NCBI GenBank assembly: GCA_965220085.1
Contig: CBDCOZ010000003.1
Location: 1,952,001 to 2,016,000, forward strand
Direction: 5' to 3'
Origin: Candidatus Oxydemutatoraceae bacterium
GTDB taxonomy: Bacteria > Pseudomonadota > Gammaproteobacteria > Poriferisulfidales > Oxydemutatoraceae
Length of the DNA stretch: 64,000 bases
Numbering within the stretch: position 1 is the stretch's first letter; every line of letters begins with the position of its first letter. This document shows, in pieces, positions 1 through 10,436 of the stretch. The notes beneath the pieces were generated by a model. The model was not told the DNA's origin. It made no database searches and saw only the letters and a list, made by a program, of their open reading frames with translations. The position numbers and the translations under genes are program-made.

Positions 1-501
1 ATTGCGCACGCCGCGGCGCAGACCTATGACCCCGTGCGTCAGGGACATATCGCAATGATGGGAACCTTTATCGACACCCTCATCGTCTGCACCATCACCG
101 GACTTGTGATCATCGCCGCCGGAGTCTGGGACAGCGGCATGACCAGCGTGCGCCTGACCTCAATGGCTTTTCAACAAGCCTTGCCCGGCGGCGATTACAT
201 CGTCACGATTGCGCTGGTGGTATTCGGCTTCACGACCATCATCGGCTGGAGCTATTACGGGGAAAGGTGCTGGCAGCATATCTTCGGACTGCGAAGCATC
301 ATGCTGTACCGAGCGATATGGTTGGCGGCGATATTTATCGGCCCCTGGGCGCTGACTTGGGAAGGCGGCATGCGCGACGGCATTGATTTTATATGGCTGT
401 TGTCGGACACCTTAAACGCGATGATGGCGCTGCCGAACCTCATCGCCCTGGTCTTCCTGATGCCGGTCATCATCAAACTGACGCGCCGGGGCCTGCGGTG
501 A
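1..501 (+). CDS. Sodium:alanine/glycine symporter (AGCS family), 3' part; runs off window start
   Basis: AGCS motifs GTFIDTLIVCTITGLVI, FTTIIGWSYYGE, NAMMALPNLIAL. Confidence 0.9.
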   Translation: MAHAAAQTYDPVRQGHIAMMGTFIDTLIVCTITGLVIIAAGVWDSGMTSVRLTSMAFQQALPGGDYIVTIALVVFGFTTIIGWSYYGERCWQHIFGLRSIMLYRAIWLAAIFIGPWALTWEGGMRDGIDFIWLLSDTLNAMMALPNLIALVFLMPVIIKLTRRGLR

Positions 502-975
502 GCGACCGATCTATCGGTTGATGCGGGCGAGTTCGCAACCCATCTTGACCGCCTCGCCCGGATAATACAGCGGGTTCCATTGAAACTCGCTATTCGCCAG
601 CAACAACACGACCGTTGAGCCGATGTTAAAACGCGCGCACTCATCGTCGCGCAATAACTTGACTGTTTCTTTGTCGCCGCCATAGTCAAAGCGGGTTGAT
701 GATGGCGCTGCCGAACCTCATCGCCCTGACACTCCTGATGCCGGTCATCATCAAACTGACGCGCCGGGGCCTGCGGTGAGCGACCGATCTATCGGTTGAT
801 GCGGGCGAGTTCGCAACCCATCTTGACCGCCTCGCCCGGATAATACAGCGGGTTCCATTGAAACTCGCTATTCGCCAGCAACAACACGACCGTTGAGCCG
901 ATGTTAAAACGCGCGCACTCATCGCCGCGCAATAACTTGACTGTTTCTTTGTCGCCGCCATAGTCAAAGCGGGTT
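420..975. repeat. Tandem duplication (2 x 278 bp) spanning the convergent 3' ends of the symporter and psd
   Basis: gatgatggcgctgccgaacc at 420 and 698; both copies end catagtcaaagcgggtt (697, 975). Confidence 0.95.
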
Positions 976-1652
976 ATCGCACAGCCGCGCGGCGTGACAA
1001 GCCCGGCCCACGCAGTCTCGATCGCCGCGACATTGACCGCGCCGACCATCACCAGCGCCATCTTGCCAAGCTCGGTATCAAACAGACACACGACACGCTC
1101 GTTCTTGGCGTACACCTTATCGATCGCGCGCGTTGCGTACGGCGCGACAGTGAACAGGCGTCCCGGCACATGCGCCATCGTCTCAAGCGCCCCGCTCAAA
1201 GGCATGTGGACGCGGTGATAGTCGCGCGGAGACAGATACAAAGCGCAGAATTTGCCCTTGTCAAAACAGCCGACATGGCGTATTCCGAGCAGGTCTCTGA
1301 TCGCGTACTCGCGACCTTTCGCTTGTATGACTTGTCCGTCATCGCAGTCGCCGACCTGCATCACCGTGCCGTCGCACGGCGAAGCGAGCGCCTGCGGGTC
1401 CAAACAGATTTCGCGCGCGCCCGGTTTCAAGGCGCGGGTAAAAAAGGCGTTGAAGCTGGGGTATGAGAAAGGCTCCTCGTATTCGGCCTCGCTCATATCG
1501 ACGTTAAAGCGGCGGATAAAGAAATTAATCGGGCGAACCGCGAGCGAACTGTTTATCCGACTCAGGAAAAACATCGCGCGCGACACCCAGTGGTGCGGGA
1601 AAAAATAAAAAAGGCGGCTCTTTATCTTCTGCCAACGGGTTATATCATCCAT
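789..1652 (-). CDS. psd: Phosphatidylserine decarboxylase
   Basis: SFNAFFTRALK, YLSPRDYHRVHMP, FNIGSTVVLL self-cleavage motif. Confidence 0.95.
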   Translation of the reverse strand: MDDITRWQKIKSRLFYFFPHHWVSRAMFFLSRINSSLAVRPINFFIRRFNVDMSEAEYEEPFSYPSFNAFFTRALKPGAREICLDPQALASPCDGTVMQVGDCDDGQVIQAKGREYAIRDLLGIRHVGCFDKGKFCALYLSPRDYHRVHMPLSGALETMAHVPGRLFTVAPYATRAIDKVYAKNERVVCLFDTELGKMALVMVGAVNVAAIETAWAGLVTPRGCAITRFDYGGDKETVKLLRGDECARFNIGSTVVLLLANSEFQWNPLYYPGEAVKMGCELARINR

Positions 1653-1863
1653 TTTTTTCTCTGCGATTCATGGGCAATCGATTTCGCAAATTAATTTTGC
1701 AAATTAAATCTCGCAGATTATAAACCAAAAGGCTCCGCCATGCCCGCCGTCCGCCGCCGCCGCCGCAACATCCGCTATGCCGGCCTGTGCGGCGCAAACA
1801 GCGGCAAAACATAAGCGCTTCTGATGTTATGCGGGCGCGCATATCCCTGATACAATCATAGAC

Positions 1864-2934
1864 ATGTCCGGCAATACGATAGGAAAATCATTTTGCGTCA
1901 CCAGTTTCGGCGAAAGCCACGGCCCCGCGATCGGCTGTGTTGTCGACGGTTGCCCGCCCAATATCGCATTGGATGAGAAAGTCATCCAAACCGATTTGGA
2001 CCGGCGCCGTCCGGGCAGCAGCCGCTATACGACACAGCGCCGCGAACCCGACACAGTCAACATCCTCTCCGGTGTGTTTGAAGGACTGACTACGGGCGCG
2101 CCCATCGCATTGCTGATCCGCAACGAAGACCAGAAGACAAAAGATTACTCAAAGATAAAAGACAAATTCCGCCCGGGTCACGCCGACTACGCGTATCACA
2201 AGAAATACGGCATCCGCGACTACCGCGGCGGCGGACGCGCTTCGGCGCGCGAGACCGCCGCGCGGGTGGCGGCCGGAGCGATTGCCAAAGCCTGCCTTAG
2301 CCGGCAGTGCGGCGTCCGCATACGCGGCCACTTGGCGCAGATGGGAGAGATACGGTTGCGCCCGCTCGCGCCGGAGGCGGTCAACGACAACCCTTTCTTT
2401 TGCCCCGAACCCGAGCGCGTGCCCGAACTTGAGCAATGCATCAATCAATTGCGCAAGGACGGCGACTCTGTCGGGGCTTGCGTACACGCGACGGCAAGCG
2501 GCATGCCGACAGGGCTCGGCGAACCGGTATTTGACCGCCTCGATGCGGACATTGCCCATGCGATGATGAGCATCAACGCGGTCAAAGGCGTCGCTATCGG
2601 AGCGGGCTTTGATTGCGCGCGACAAAAGGGTTCGGAACACCGCGATGAGATGACCCGCGAGGGCTTCCTCAGCAACCACGCGGGAGGCATTCTGGGCGGT
2701 ATCTCAAGCGGGCAAGACGTGGAAGTAGACATCGCTTTCAAACCGACATCCAGCATCCTCATCCCCGGACAAACGCTCAACGAAGCAGGCGAGCCATGCG
2801 AAATAACGACTGCCGGCAGACACGACCCTTGTGTCGGCATCCGCGCCGTGCCGATTGTCGAAGCAATGCTTGCCATCGTTCTGACGGATCACTGGCTCAG
2901 ACACAAAGCGCAAAACCTGCCTGTTGCGGGGTAA
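1864..2934 (+). CDS. aroC: Chorismate synthase
   Basis: [29 protein letters not shown] signatures. Confidence 0.98.
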   Translation: MSGNTIGKSFCVTSFGESHGPAIGCVVDGCPPNIALDEKVIQTDLDRRRPGSSRYTTQRREPDTVNILSGVFEGLTTGAPIALLIRNEDQKTKDYSKIKDKFRPGHADYAYHKKYGIRDYRGGGRASARETAARVAAGAIAKACLSRQCGVRIRGHLAQMGEIRLRPLAPEAVNDNPFFCPEPERVPELEQCINQLRKDGDSVGACVHATASGMPTGLGEPVFDRLDADIAHAMMSINAVKGVAIGAGFDCARQKGSEHRDEMTREGFLSNHAGGILGGISSGQDVEVDIAFKPTSSILIPGQTLNEAGEPCEITTAGRHDPCVGIRAVPIVEAMLAIVLTDHWLRHKAQNLPVAG

Positions 2935-2938
2935 GCTT

Positions 2939-4075
2939 ATGCGCCCTCGCTTTATCAAGCTGGCGGTCTTTTACTTTTTCTACTTCGGGTTTTTGGGGGC
3001 ATACATCCCTTACTGGCCGCTGTATCTGAAAGACCTGGGTTTTTCCATATCCGAAATCGGCGAGTTGATGGCGATTCTCTTTGCGACCAAGATTCTGGCG
3101 CCGTACTTGTGGGGTTGGATCGGCGATCGCTGGCAAGCGCGACTGGCGCTCGTGCGCTGGGGAGCGTTTCTGACCGCCGTCACATTTGTCCCGATATTCT
3201 TTGACAGCGGTTATATGTGGATCGCCGCGACGATCGCCTTGTTCAGCTTCTTCTGGAACGCATTGCTGCCGCAGTTCGAAGTGATCACGCTGGACAGCCT
3301 GCGCTATCAATCCCACTGCTACGGCCGCATCCGGCTTTGGGGCTCCATCGGCTTTGTCACGACCGCCGCGACCGGCTCGGTTCTGATCGCCGCCTTCGGC
3401 ACCGTCATCGTCCCCTGGGTCATCGCCATAATTTTTGCTCTGCTTTGGCTCGCCGGCATCAAACTGAGTCCGCCGCGCGCGACAAGCGACGCGCCGGTAC
3501 CCAGCCTGTATCGCGCAATGGATATGTCCGTCATGGCTTTGCTGGTCATCAGTTGCCTCGTCCAACTCTCGCACGGCGCTTACTATGCGTACTTCACATT
3601 ATTTCTGGAACAAAACGGTTACGGCAGAACACTGATAGGCCAACTGTGGAGCCTGTCGGTGGTGTTTGAGATCATCTTGCTGGCGATTGTCAGCCCGATG
3701 TTGCGGCGTTCCGGCCCGGTCGCCTTGCTCGGGTTGGCCATCGCCTGCGCCGTCTTGCGCTGGATGCTCGTCGCCTATCTGCCGCAACAACTCGGCGTGA
3801 TCATCTTTGCCCAGTTCCTGCACGCCATCACCTACGGCGTCTATCACGCAACGATGATGTATGCGCTGGCGGCGCGCCTGCCCGAAGGCCTGAAGGGGCG
3901 CGGACAAGCGCTGTACTCGCTGGTGAGTTTCGGAATCGGCGGCGGCATCGGCGCCTATGTCGCGAGCGCGCTGTGGCAACCGCTCGGCGGCGCGCTGGTG
4001 TTTGTGTTATCGGCCGCAGTCGGTGCGCTGGCGTTTTTCTTTTTGATACCCCTGCGCAAGGTGCGCTTCCGCTAA
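2939..4075 (+). CDS. MFS transporter (HcaT/nucleoside permease-like)
   Basis: Many hydrophobic segments; PYWPLYL and YGRIRLWGSIGF motifs; ATG at 2939. Confidence 0.85.
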   Translation: MRPRFIKLAVFYFFYFGFLGAYIPYWPLYLKDLGFSISEIGELMAILFATKILAPYLWGWIGDRWQARLALVRWGAFLTAVTFVPIFFDSGYMWIAATIALFSFFWNALLPQFEVITLDSLRYQSHCYGRIRLWGSIGFVTTAATGSVLIAAFGTVIVPWVIAIIFALLWLAGIKLSPPRATSDAPVPSLYRAMDMSVMALLVISCLVQLSHGAYYAYFTLFLEQNGYGRTLIGQLWSLSVVFEIILLAIVSPMLRRSGPVALLGLAIACAVLRWMLVAYLPQQLGVIIFAQFLHAITYGVYHATMMYALAARLPEGLKGRGQALYSLVSFGIGGGIGAYVASALWQPLGGALVFVLSAAVGALAFFFLIPLRKVRFR

Positions 4076-4104
4076 GACGGCGACCGGCAAAGTATCGTAA
4101 GAGC

Positions 4105-4190
4105 GCGGGCTATGGGTATTTTTGACTCCGCCCGGCCAACAACGGCAACTGTTGTGAAATGGCGCTGTGTCATCGCTATTTTCACACATC
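4105..4190. repeat. Diverged ~85-bp element, inverted copy of 13085-13170
   Basis: tgactccgccc (4123) and tcatcgctattttcac (4170) match the reverse complements at 13144 and 13092, with the same 36-bp spacing. Confidence 0.85.
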
Positions 4191-4304
4191 GTAATGGCTG
4201 CGGGGGTCGCAAGGCCGCTGTGCTACCATACCCCCGATATAAGTACCCCGCGGCGGAGAAGGAGAGTGTTATAGGGCGCGAGGAATGGCAGGAAACAAAG
4301 GCGC

Positions 4305-4334
4305 TTGCAAATAGCCTGCGCTTTGTGGTATAGT
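4305..4334 (+). promoter_or_regulatory. Putative sigma70 promoter of LEGPLR gene 1
   Basis: TTGCAA-18 nt-TATAGT with TGn extension; same module at 5435 and, on the minus strand, at 17261-17290. Confidence 0.55.
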
Positions 4335-4471
4335 GCGATACTTAACCAAATAACCACATTTACTAAGATGCAGGAGACAAAGGCATTTGCAAATAATTCG
4401 CACTTTGTGGCAGAGTAGCCGGCAGTCATCGTACAACTATGTTCGCGAAACAATTTGATAGGAGTAAAACC

Positions 4472-5380
4472 ATGAACAGAGGCAAAACCATGAATCGACA
4501 ATTTTTAATACTGCCCCCCCCCCCCCCCCCCCCCCTCTGTCCGCGAAATCGTTGGATAATCAGTAGCATCCTCTGCCTGCTCGCGGTTTGCATCGCATCC
4601 GCCCAAGCGCAGGCACAGAACAATCCGGCCACCGGGCAACCCGCCGTCACCTATGTCGGCAACATAAACGCCCCCACTGAGGACTCCGCCATCACCGCAA
4701 CCGAAGGCGCCATTGCTGACCAGGACAATACGCCACCTGCCTCCATCAAGCGCATAACCTGGATCTGGAGCCAGGCCGACACCCATGGCAGCACCTATAG
4801 CGTCGTTCACCTCGCACGCACTTTTACCCCGTTGCAGGTCCATGTCGGCAAGTTCCTGCAGGTCTGCGCAGCGTTTGCAGATGATGCCAACAATGCTGAG
4901 CAGCGATGCCTGCGGATAGCCACCGCCGTGGCCCCTGCCGCCGACCGCCCGGTTGCGCTGAACCACACCATTCGCATACCGGCGGGCACCACCAGATACC
5001 GTTTCAAGGCGGCCGACTTCCCGTTCATCGATGAGGATGACGACGCCTTTGCCGACAGCATTTATATAGAGTCCCTGCCTGCCAACGGCACACTTGAATA
5101 TAGCGCTACCGTGCTGGATGATACATTGCTTACATTGGCAAGACACTCCAACAATGGCTTAGGGGTTCATGTGGACACCGACTCTTTTCCCTCATTCGTA
5201 TACAACCTGCCCGACACTGCCGCGCCCAACCCCAACTATGCCAGTTTCAGATACCGGGTTATCACCGGACCTCTTGCCCACTCGCAGTACAGCGCCAACA
5301 TCGCCACCATCACCTTTGCCATAGCGCCTCCTGCTATGCGCTTGCGGCTGCGCCTCTTTCTGGAAGGCCCGTTGCGGTAG
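4472..5380 (+). CDS. Secreted Ig/cadherin-like protein with N-terminal poly-C tract and C-terminal LRLRLFLEGPLR (family gene 1; in frame)
   Basis: AGGAG before ATG 4472; C22 at 4514-4535 reads in frame; signal peptide ending AQA-Q; NNPATGQP domain plus cadherin-like YRFKAADFPF..IESLPANGTL domain. Confidence 0.8.
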   Translation: MNRGKTMNRQFLILPPPPPPPLCPRNRWIISSILCLLAVCIASAQAQAQNNPATGQPAVTYVGNINAPTEDSAITATEGAIADQDNTPPASIKRITWIWSQADTHGSTYSVVHLARTFTPLQVHVGKFLQVCAAFADDANNAEQRCLRIATAVAPAADRPVALNHTIRIPAGTTRYRFKAADFPFIDEDDDAFADSIYIESLPANGTLEYSATVLDDTLLTLARHSNNGLGVHVDTDSFPSFVYNLPDTAAPNPNYASFRYRVITGPLAHSQYSANIATITFAIAPPAMRLRLRLFLEGPLR

Positions 5381-5434
5381 CGCAAGTGCTTGCGGCGGAG
5401 GAGGGGAGTCTTATGCAAGGCGTGAGACAGGCGC

Positions 5435-5464
5435 TTGCAAATAGCCTTCGCTTTGTGATATAGT
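5435..5464 (+). promoter_or_regulatory. Putative sigma70 promoter of LEGPLR gene 2
   Basis: TTGCAA-18 nt-TATAGT inside a ~200-bp near-copy of the gene 1 upstream region. Confidence 0.55.
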
Positions 5465-5600
5465 GCGATACTTAACCAAATAACTATATTTACTAAGATG
5501 CAGGAGACAAAGGCATTTGCAAATAACCCGCACTTGTGGCAGAGTAGCCAGCAGTCATCGTGCAACTATATTCACGAGACAATTTGATAGGAGTAAAACC

Positions 5601-6514
5601 ATGAACAGAGGTAAAATCATGAATCGACCACTTTTAATACTGCCCCCCCCCCCCCCCCCCCCTGTCCGAGAAATCGTTGGATAATCAATAATATCCTCTG
5701 CTTGCTCGCGGTTTGCATCGCATCCGCCCAAGCACAGGCACAGAACAATCCGGCCACCGGACAACCCGCCGTCACCTATGCCGGCAACATAAGCGCTCCC
5801 ACCGAAGACTTCGCCATCACCGCAAACAAGGGCAACATAGAAGACCCGGACAATACGCCAACCACCGACCTCGGCTCCATAACCTGGATATGGAGCCAAG
5901 CCGACACACATGGCGGCGCCTACACCGCCGTCACCGGCGCCAGCACGGGGCCTGTCGCCATATTCACGCCCCGGCAAGCCCATGCGGGCAAGTTTCTGCA
6001 AGTCTGCGCATCCTTTGATGACGATGACGGCAATGCCGAGCAGCGATGCCTGCAGATAGCCGCCGCTGTGGTCGATGTGGACGGCCGCCCGGTTGCGCTG
6101 AACCACACCATTCACATACCGGCAGGCACCGCCAGATATCGTTTCAAGGCGGCCGACTTTCCGTTCGAAGATGAGGATGGCGACAGCTTTCTCAACTCCA
6201 TTTATATAGAGTCCCTGCCTGCCAACGGCACACTTGAATACAGCGCTACCGTGCTTGATGATGTAATACTTTCATTGGCAAGAAACTCCAACAATGGCTT
6301 AGGGGCTCATGTGGACACCGACTCTTTTCCCTCATTCGTATACAACCTGCCCGACACTGCCACGCCCAACCCCAACTATGCCAGTTTCAGATACCGGGTT
6401 ATCACCGGAACTCTTAGCCGCCCGCAGTACAGTAACAACATCGCCACCATCACTTTGGCGCCTCCTGCCGTGCGCTTGCGGCTGCGCCTCTTCCTGGAAG
6501 GCCCGTTGCGGTAG
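5601..6514 (+). CDS. LEGPLR family gene 2; frameshifted at poly-C tract (phase OFF or homopolymer error)
   Basis: ATGs at 5601/5619 are homologous to gene 1; C20 at 5643-5662 leads to an early TAA; C18 or C21 would join the 5702..6514 ORF. Confidence 0.8.
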
Positions 6515-6662
6515 CGCAAATGCTCGCGGCGGAGAAGGAGAGTGTTATGCAAGGGGTGAGACAGGATACCGGGTATGCGCACAAACACTGTTTGCGGATT
6601 GTTTATGGCGCAACGCATTGCACAGCCGCATTCACGAAACACAAACCAACAGGAGAAATACT

Positions 6663-7550
6663 ATGAAGCGACAAATTTTTAATATTGCCCCCTGCCGGCG
6701 GGCAACACTCACCCGGCTTAGCCTCTGGTCGCTGGTTCTGCCGGCCCTGTTTGCCGTCTGCGCTCAGGCGCAGGCACAGAACAATCCGGCTACCGGCGTA
6801 CCCGCCGTCACCTATGCCGGCAGCATAACCGCTCCTACCGAAGACTCCCCCATCACCGCAGCCCAAGGCACCATAGAAGACCCGGACAATATGCCAACCA
6901 CCGACCTCGGCTCCACAACCTGGATCTGGAGCCAGGCCGACACCCATGGCGGCGCCTACACTCTCGTTCACCCTCTCGCACCCACTTTCACCCCCTTGCA
7001 GGCCCATGTCGGCAAGTTTCTGCAGGTTTGCGTGCGCTTTCGAGACAGCGCCAACAATGACGAAGAGCGATGCCTGCAGATAGCCGCCGCCGTGGCCAAT
7101 GTCGACGACCGCCCGGTTTCACTGAACCACACCATTCGCATAGCAGCGGGCACCACCAGATACCGTTTCAAGGCGGCCGACTTTCCGTTCACCGATGAGG
7201 ATGATGGCGATGCCTTTGCCGAGGCCATTCATATAGAGTCCCTGCCTGCCAACGGCACACTTGAGTACAGCGCTGTCACGCTGGATGATTCGTTGCTTTC
7301 ACTGTCATTGGGAAGAAACGGCTTAGGGCCTTATGTGGCCCATGCCTCTTTCCCCTCATTCGTATACAACCTGCCCGGCACCGCCATGCCCAACCCCAAC
7401 TATGCCAGTTTCAGATACCGGGTTTCCACTGGAGAATCTCCTACTCGCCTCACACAACATAGTTCCAACATCGCCACCATCACCTTCGCCATAGTGCCTC
7501 CTGCCGTGCGCTTGCGGTTGCGCCTCTTCCTGGAAGGCCCGTTGCGGTAA
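6663..7550 (+). CDS. LEGPLR family gene 3 (only C5 at the tract position)
   Basis: AGGAGA before ATG 6663; MKRQIFNIAP, signal peptide, same two domains as genes 1-2, ends VRLRLRLFLEGPLR. Confidence 0.85.
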   Translation: MKRQIFNIAPCRRATLTRLSLWSLVLPALFAVCAQAQAQNNPATGVPAVTYAGSITAPTEDSPITAAQGTIEDPDNMPTTDLGSTTWIWSQADTHGGAYTLVHPLAPTFTPLQAHVGKFLQVCVRFRDSANNDEERCLQIAAAVANVDDRPVSLNHTIRIAAGTTRYRFKAADFPFTDEDDGDAFAEAIHIESLPANGTLEYSAVTLDDSLLSLSLGRNGLGPYVAHASFPSFVYNLPGTAMPNPNYASFRYRVSTGESPTRLTQHSSNIATITFAIVPPAVRLRLRLFLEGPLR

Positions 7551-8001
7551 CCCGCAGTGCTCCGCCCAAGCCCACTGTGATGATGCCTTTGCGGGGGTTT
7601 TGCGCATTGCCCACCGGAAGCGCTCGCACCCCGCAGGCGCAGGTGTGCGTGTTGCTCGGATGCCCTTGCGGGGGCTTGTTGCATGCCATATTCCGATGTG
7701 TGGTATACTCGTGTCCTCGGGGCGAGCAAACATTCCTCAGGCTTGCCCCGTCCGCCGCCATTGCGGTGTCCGGCACACTGGTGTCCTTGGGGTGGGCAAA
7801 CTTGCTTTTTGGTTGGTTCGCCTCGTCTGCCACTGTTGTGGTGTTTGATATATTGGTGTCATTATGATTGAAGTTTTATGCGAAGCCTGATTAAAAAGCT
7901 GATTAAAAAGTTGCCTGCGAGTCGTCTGCAAGCAGAACCGATGCGCATGAAGTCTCTGCCTGCAAAACAAGGGCTTCCATCGGCACAGCAGGCGCTTCCA
8001 T

Positions 8002-10194
8002 ATGCCCCCCCCCCCCCCCCCCCCCCTGATTTTTGCTAGGGTTTGCGCGGTGATGCTCGCTTGCGCTTGCATCTTCGCCACGAACACCGCACACGCACAA
8101 ACCAACAGCTGTGCGACCGTCATCCACGGCACCGAATGCATGGACGCATGCCCCGCCGGATTTACTGCCACAACCCAAGACCGCGTGTGCATTGAGGCCG
8201 CGCGCATCGACGGCGCGAACAAATGCGAAGCGTACGGATGGACGACGCGGCTGGTGTTGACCGGCAGCTTCACCTTTAACATTTGCAACATAAAAACCGA
8301 AGACAAAGGGGTGCGAAGCGGCTCCACGGAATTTTGCATTCTCAACATCGGTTGCCCGAGCATTTTCGGTCCGAACCTTGACTTTCCGCAACGTCCGGCG
8401 GACGACCCGGCAACAGCGGAGGACGAAAGCGACCCGCGCTATGTTTTCAACTGCGACCCGGACGGAACCACCGGCCACCTTCCGGCGACTTTCGTTGATG
8501 GACGCACGATGTGCGAATGTCCCGCCGGCAAGACGGAAAACGCGGACGGCGTTTGCGCCGCTTGTCCGGCGCAAACCGTCCTGCTGGGCGAGGCTTGCGT
8601 TGCCGATACGCCGGAAAACCGATGCAAGGCGGCGGGATGGACGGTCTCGGCCGACAACCAATGCGTCGTCCCCCTGCTTTCCCCGGACGGCGAGGAGAAC
8701 GGATGCTTTTTGACCGGCAACGGCAGTCCGCAATGCGCCGATGTGTTCGGAGCGGAGCTGTCGTTTCCAAACCCTTCGACCGACACCGCCGCGCGGTTTG
8801 TCTACGACTGCGGTCTGGACATGATCCCGCCGCGGGAAAATACCGACGGCGCGACCGAATGCGCTCCCGACCCGCAAGCGTGCGCATTCGGCGATTTGGA
8901 ATTTGCCGCACATACCAGCACGCAGAGCAGGGCGCAAATTGAGCGGCAATTTGATGTGTGCATGGAGAAAGGATGGGCGGCGAGAAAACACCCCTCCTTT
9001 GACTCCGGATTTGAGGTATGCCACTGCGACATCAATGTGCGGGATGTGGAAAACCATCATGCTTGCGGCGAACCCTTTGATTCCTCCCGCTTCAGCCTTG
9101 TGGGCAATCAAGCCCTTCGCTATTACTTCGGTCCCGCCCTGCAACATCTTCCGCAATGGACGGCGGAAAACGCCGACGATTGTTTTGTGGCGCATTGTCA
9201 GAACGGCATGGAGCCGTCCGGATTCAACACCAACGGCGCGACCGAATGCCAAGCGCCCAGCGGGGCAGTTTGCGGCAGTTTGGATCCGCCGCAGGTTTAC
9301 AACGGGTTTGTTTGCGTTGCGACGTGCTCAACGGAAGCGACATTGGACGAGGCGACGAATGTTTGCGAATGCAACACGGGCAATGCGGCGGACTGCCGAG
9401 TGCCGAGCACGGAGGTGTGCGCGGATTTTACGCCGCCGCGGTTTTTCAACGCGGCGGCTGCGCGGTGCGATCCGTTTTTGACCTGCGAACATCCGACGGA
9501 ATTGCGCGAGACAAGCAACACCTGCGAGTGCGTTTCTTCGTATGTCAAAACATCCTCGGGTTGCCAGATGCCGTCGCCGGCGGTTTGCAGGGAACTGAGC
9601 GGGGCGCTGAGCATGCGGTTTTTTGACGGGACGACCTGCGTCTCCGCTAACAGATGTCCGGCGACAACGCATGCCAGCGCGGAGTCGCACCGCTGCGAAT
9701 GCGACGCGCAGGGCAAGGTTTACGACGCCGCGGCACAGGCTTGCGTCGATGCTATTTCGTGCGATGCGCCGGCGACATTGAACGCGGAGACGGGCCAGTG
9801 CGCATGCGCTTCGCCCAACGAAGGGACGGCTTCGGATTGCAATGCGCCGAGCCTGGAAGTGTGCGAGGGTTTGATGCCGGCAAAGTTCTTTGACCAGACG
9901 GAGATGGCATGCGTTGATATTCCGGTTTGCGCCGGGGCGGCGACATTGAACACGGACGCGAACCGGTGCGAATGTAATGCGCCCAACATAGGGACGGCTT
10001 CGGATTGCAGGGCGCCGAGCGCGCAAGTGTGCGCGGCGCAGACACCGGCAAAGTTTTTTGACGTTGGCACGACGGATTGCGTTGATGTTGCGGAATGCGC
10101 CGCGCCGATGGCATTGGACGAGGCGACGAATACCTGCGTGTCCGGCGATATCAACCTGCGTCTGCGCATCTTCCTGGAAGGCCCGCTACGATAG
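8002..10194 (+). CDS. Secreted cysteine-rich repeat protein (EGF-like spacing) with poly-C tract and C-terminal LRLRIFLEGPLR (family gene 4)
   Basis: C22 at 8005-8026; signal peptide ending AHA-Q; repeated CxAPATLNxxTNxCEC / PSxxVC..PxxFF units; true start may be 7941/7947, which is out of frame. Confidence 0.8.
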   Translation: MPPPPPPPLIFARVCAVMLACACIFATNTAHAQTNSCATVIHGTECMDACPAGFTATTQDRVCIEAARIDGANKCEAYGWTTRLVLTGSFTFNICNIKTEDKGVRSGSTEFCILNIGCPSIFGPNLDFPQRPADDPATAEDESDPRYVFNCDPDGTTGHLPATFVDGRTMCECPAGKTENADGVCAACPAQTVLLGEACVADTPENRCKAAGWTVSADNQCVVPLLSPDGEENGCFLTGNGSPQCADVFGAELSFPNPSTDTAARFVYDCGLDMIPPRENTDGATECAPDPQACAFGDLEFAAHTSTQSRAQIERQFDVCMEKGWAARKHPSFDSGFEVCHCDINVRDVENHHACGEPFDSSRFSLVGNQALRYYFGPALQHLPQWTAENADDCFVAHCQNGMEPSGFNTNGATECQAPSGAVCGSLDPPQVYNGFVCVATCSTEATLDEATNVCECNTGNAADCRVPSTEVCADFTPPRFFNAAAARCDPFLTCEHPTELRETSNTCECVSSYVKTSSGCQMPSPAVCRELSGALSMRFFDGTTCVSANRCPATTHASAESHRCECDAQGKVYDAAAQACVDAISCDAPATLNAETGQCACASPNEGTASDCNAPSLEVCEGLMPAKFFDQTEMACVDIPVCAGAATLNTDANRCECNAPNIGTASDCRAPSAQVCAAQTPAKFFDVGTTDCVDVAECAAPMALDEATNTCVSGDINLRLRIFLEGPLR

Positions 10195-10249
10195 CGCGAG
10201 CAGTCCCATCGCAAGACTTGCGCTAACACGCTCCCTTGTGGCAAGCAAT

Positions 10250-10436
10250 ACTCTCCCCTTGTGGGAGAGTCAGCGAGCTTCGCTCGCTGGAGAGGGGATA
10301 AACCACACTCATCTCGCGCACCATCCCCGAAGGCGAGACGGCAGGGAAACGGCGATAGCAAGGCCCGAACCTTTCCCCCTCACCGCATCGTCCTTCGCCT
10401 GCGGCTCGTCCTCTGCGACTCTCCCGCGAGGGGAGT
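10250..10436. repeat. REP/RIME-like palindromic intergenic element
   Basis: Hairpins ctctcccct-tg-tgggagag, cagcgagc-ttc-gctcgctg, ctctccc-gcga-gggg; degenerate second copy at about 11224-11316. Confidence 0.55.

Noticed and set aside
255-967. Minus-strand ORFs 255..689 and 686..967 (MTMAATKKQ...)
   Set aside because: Off-frame readings of the duplicated psd/symporter ends.
4472-7550. Diversity-generating retroelement or integron behind the paralog variation
   Set aside because: No reverse transcriptase, integron integrase or attC-like sites seen; differences include indels and are not adenine-specific.
7550-7900. Possible ncRNA or small ORFs between LEGPLR genes 3 and 4
   Set aside because: Only short degenerate direct repeats and weak hairpins; no recognisable family.
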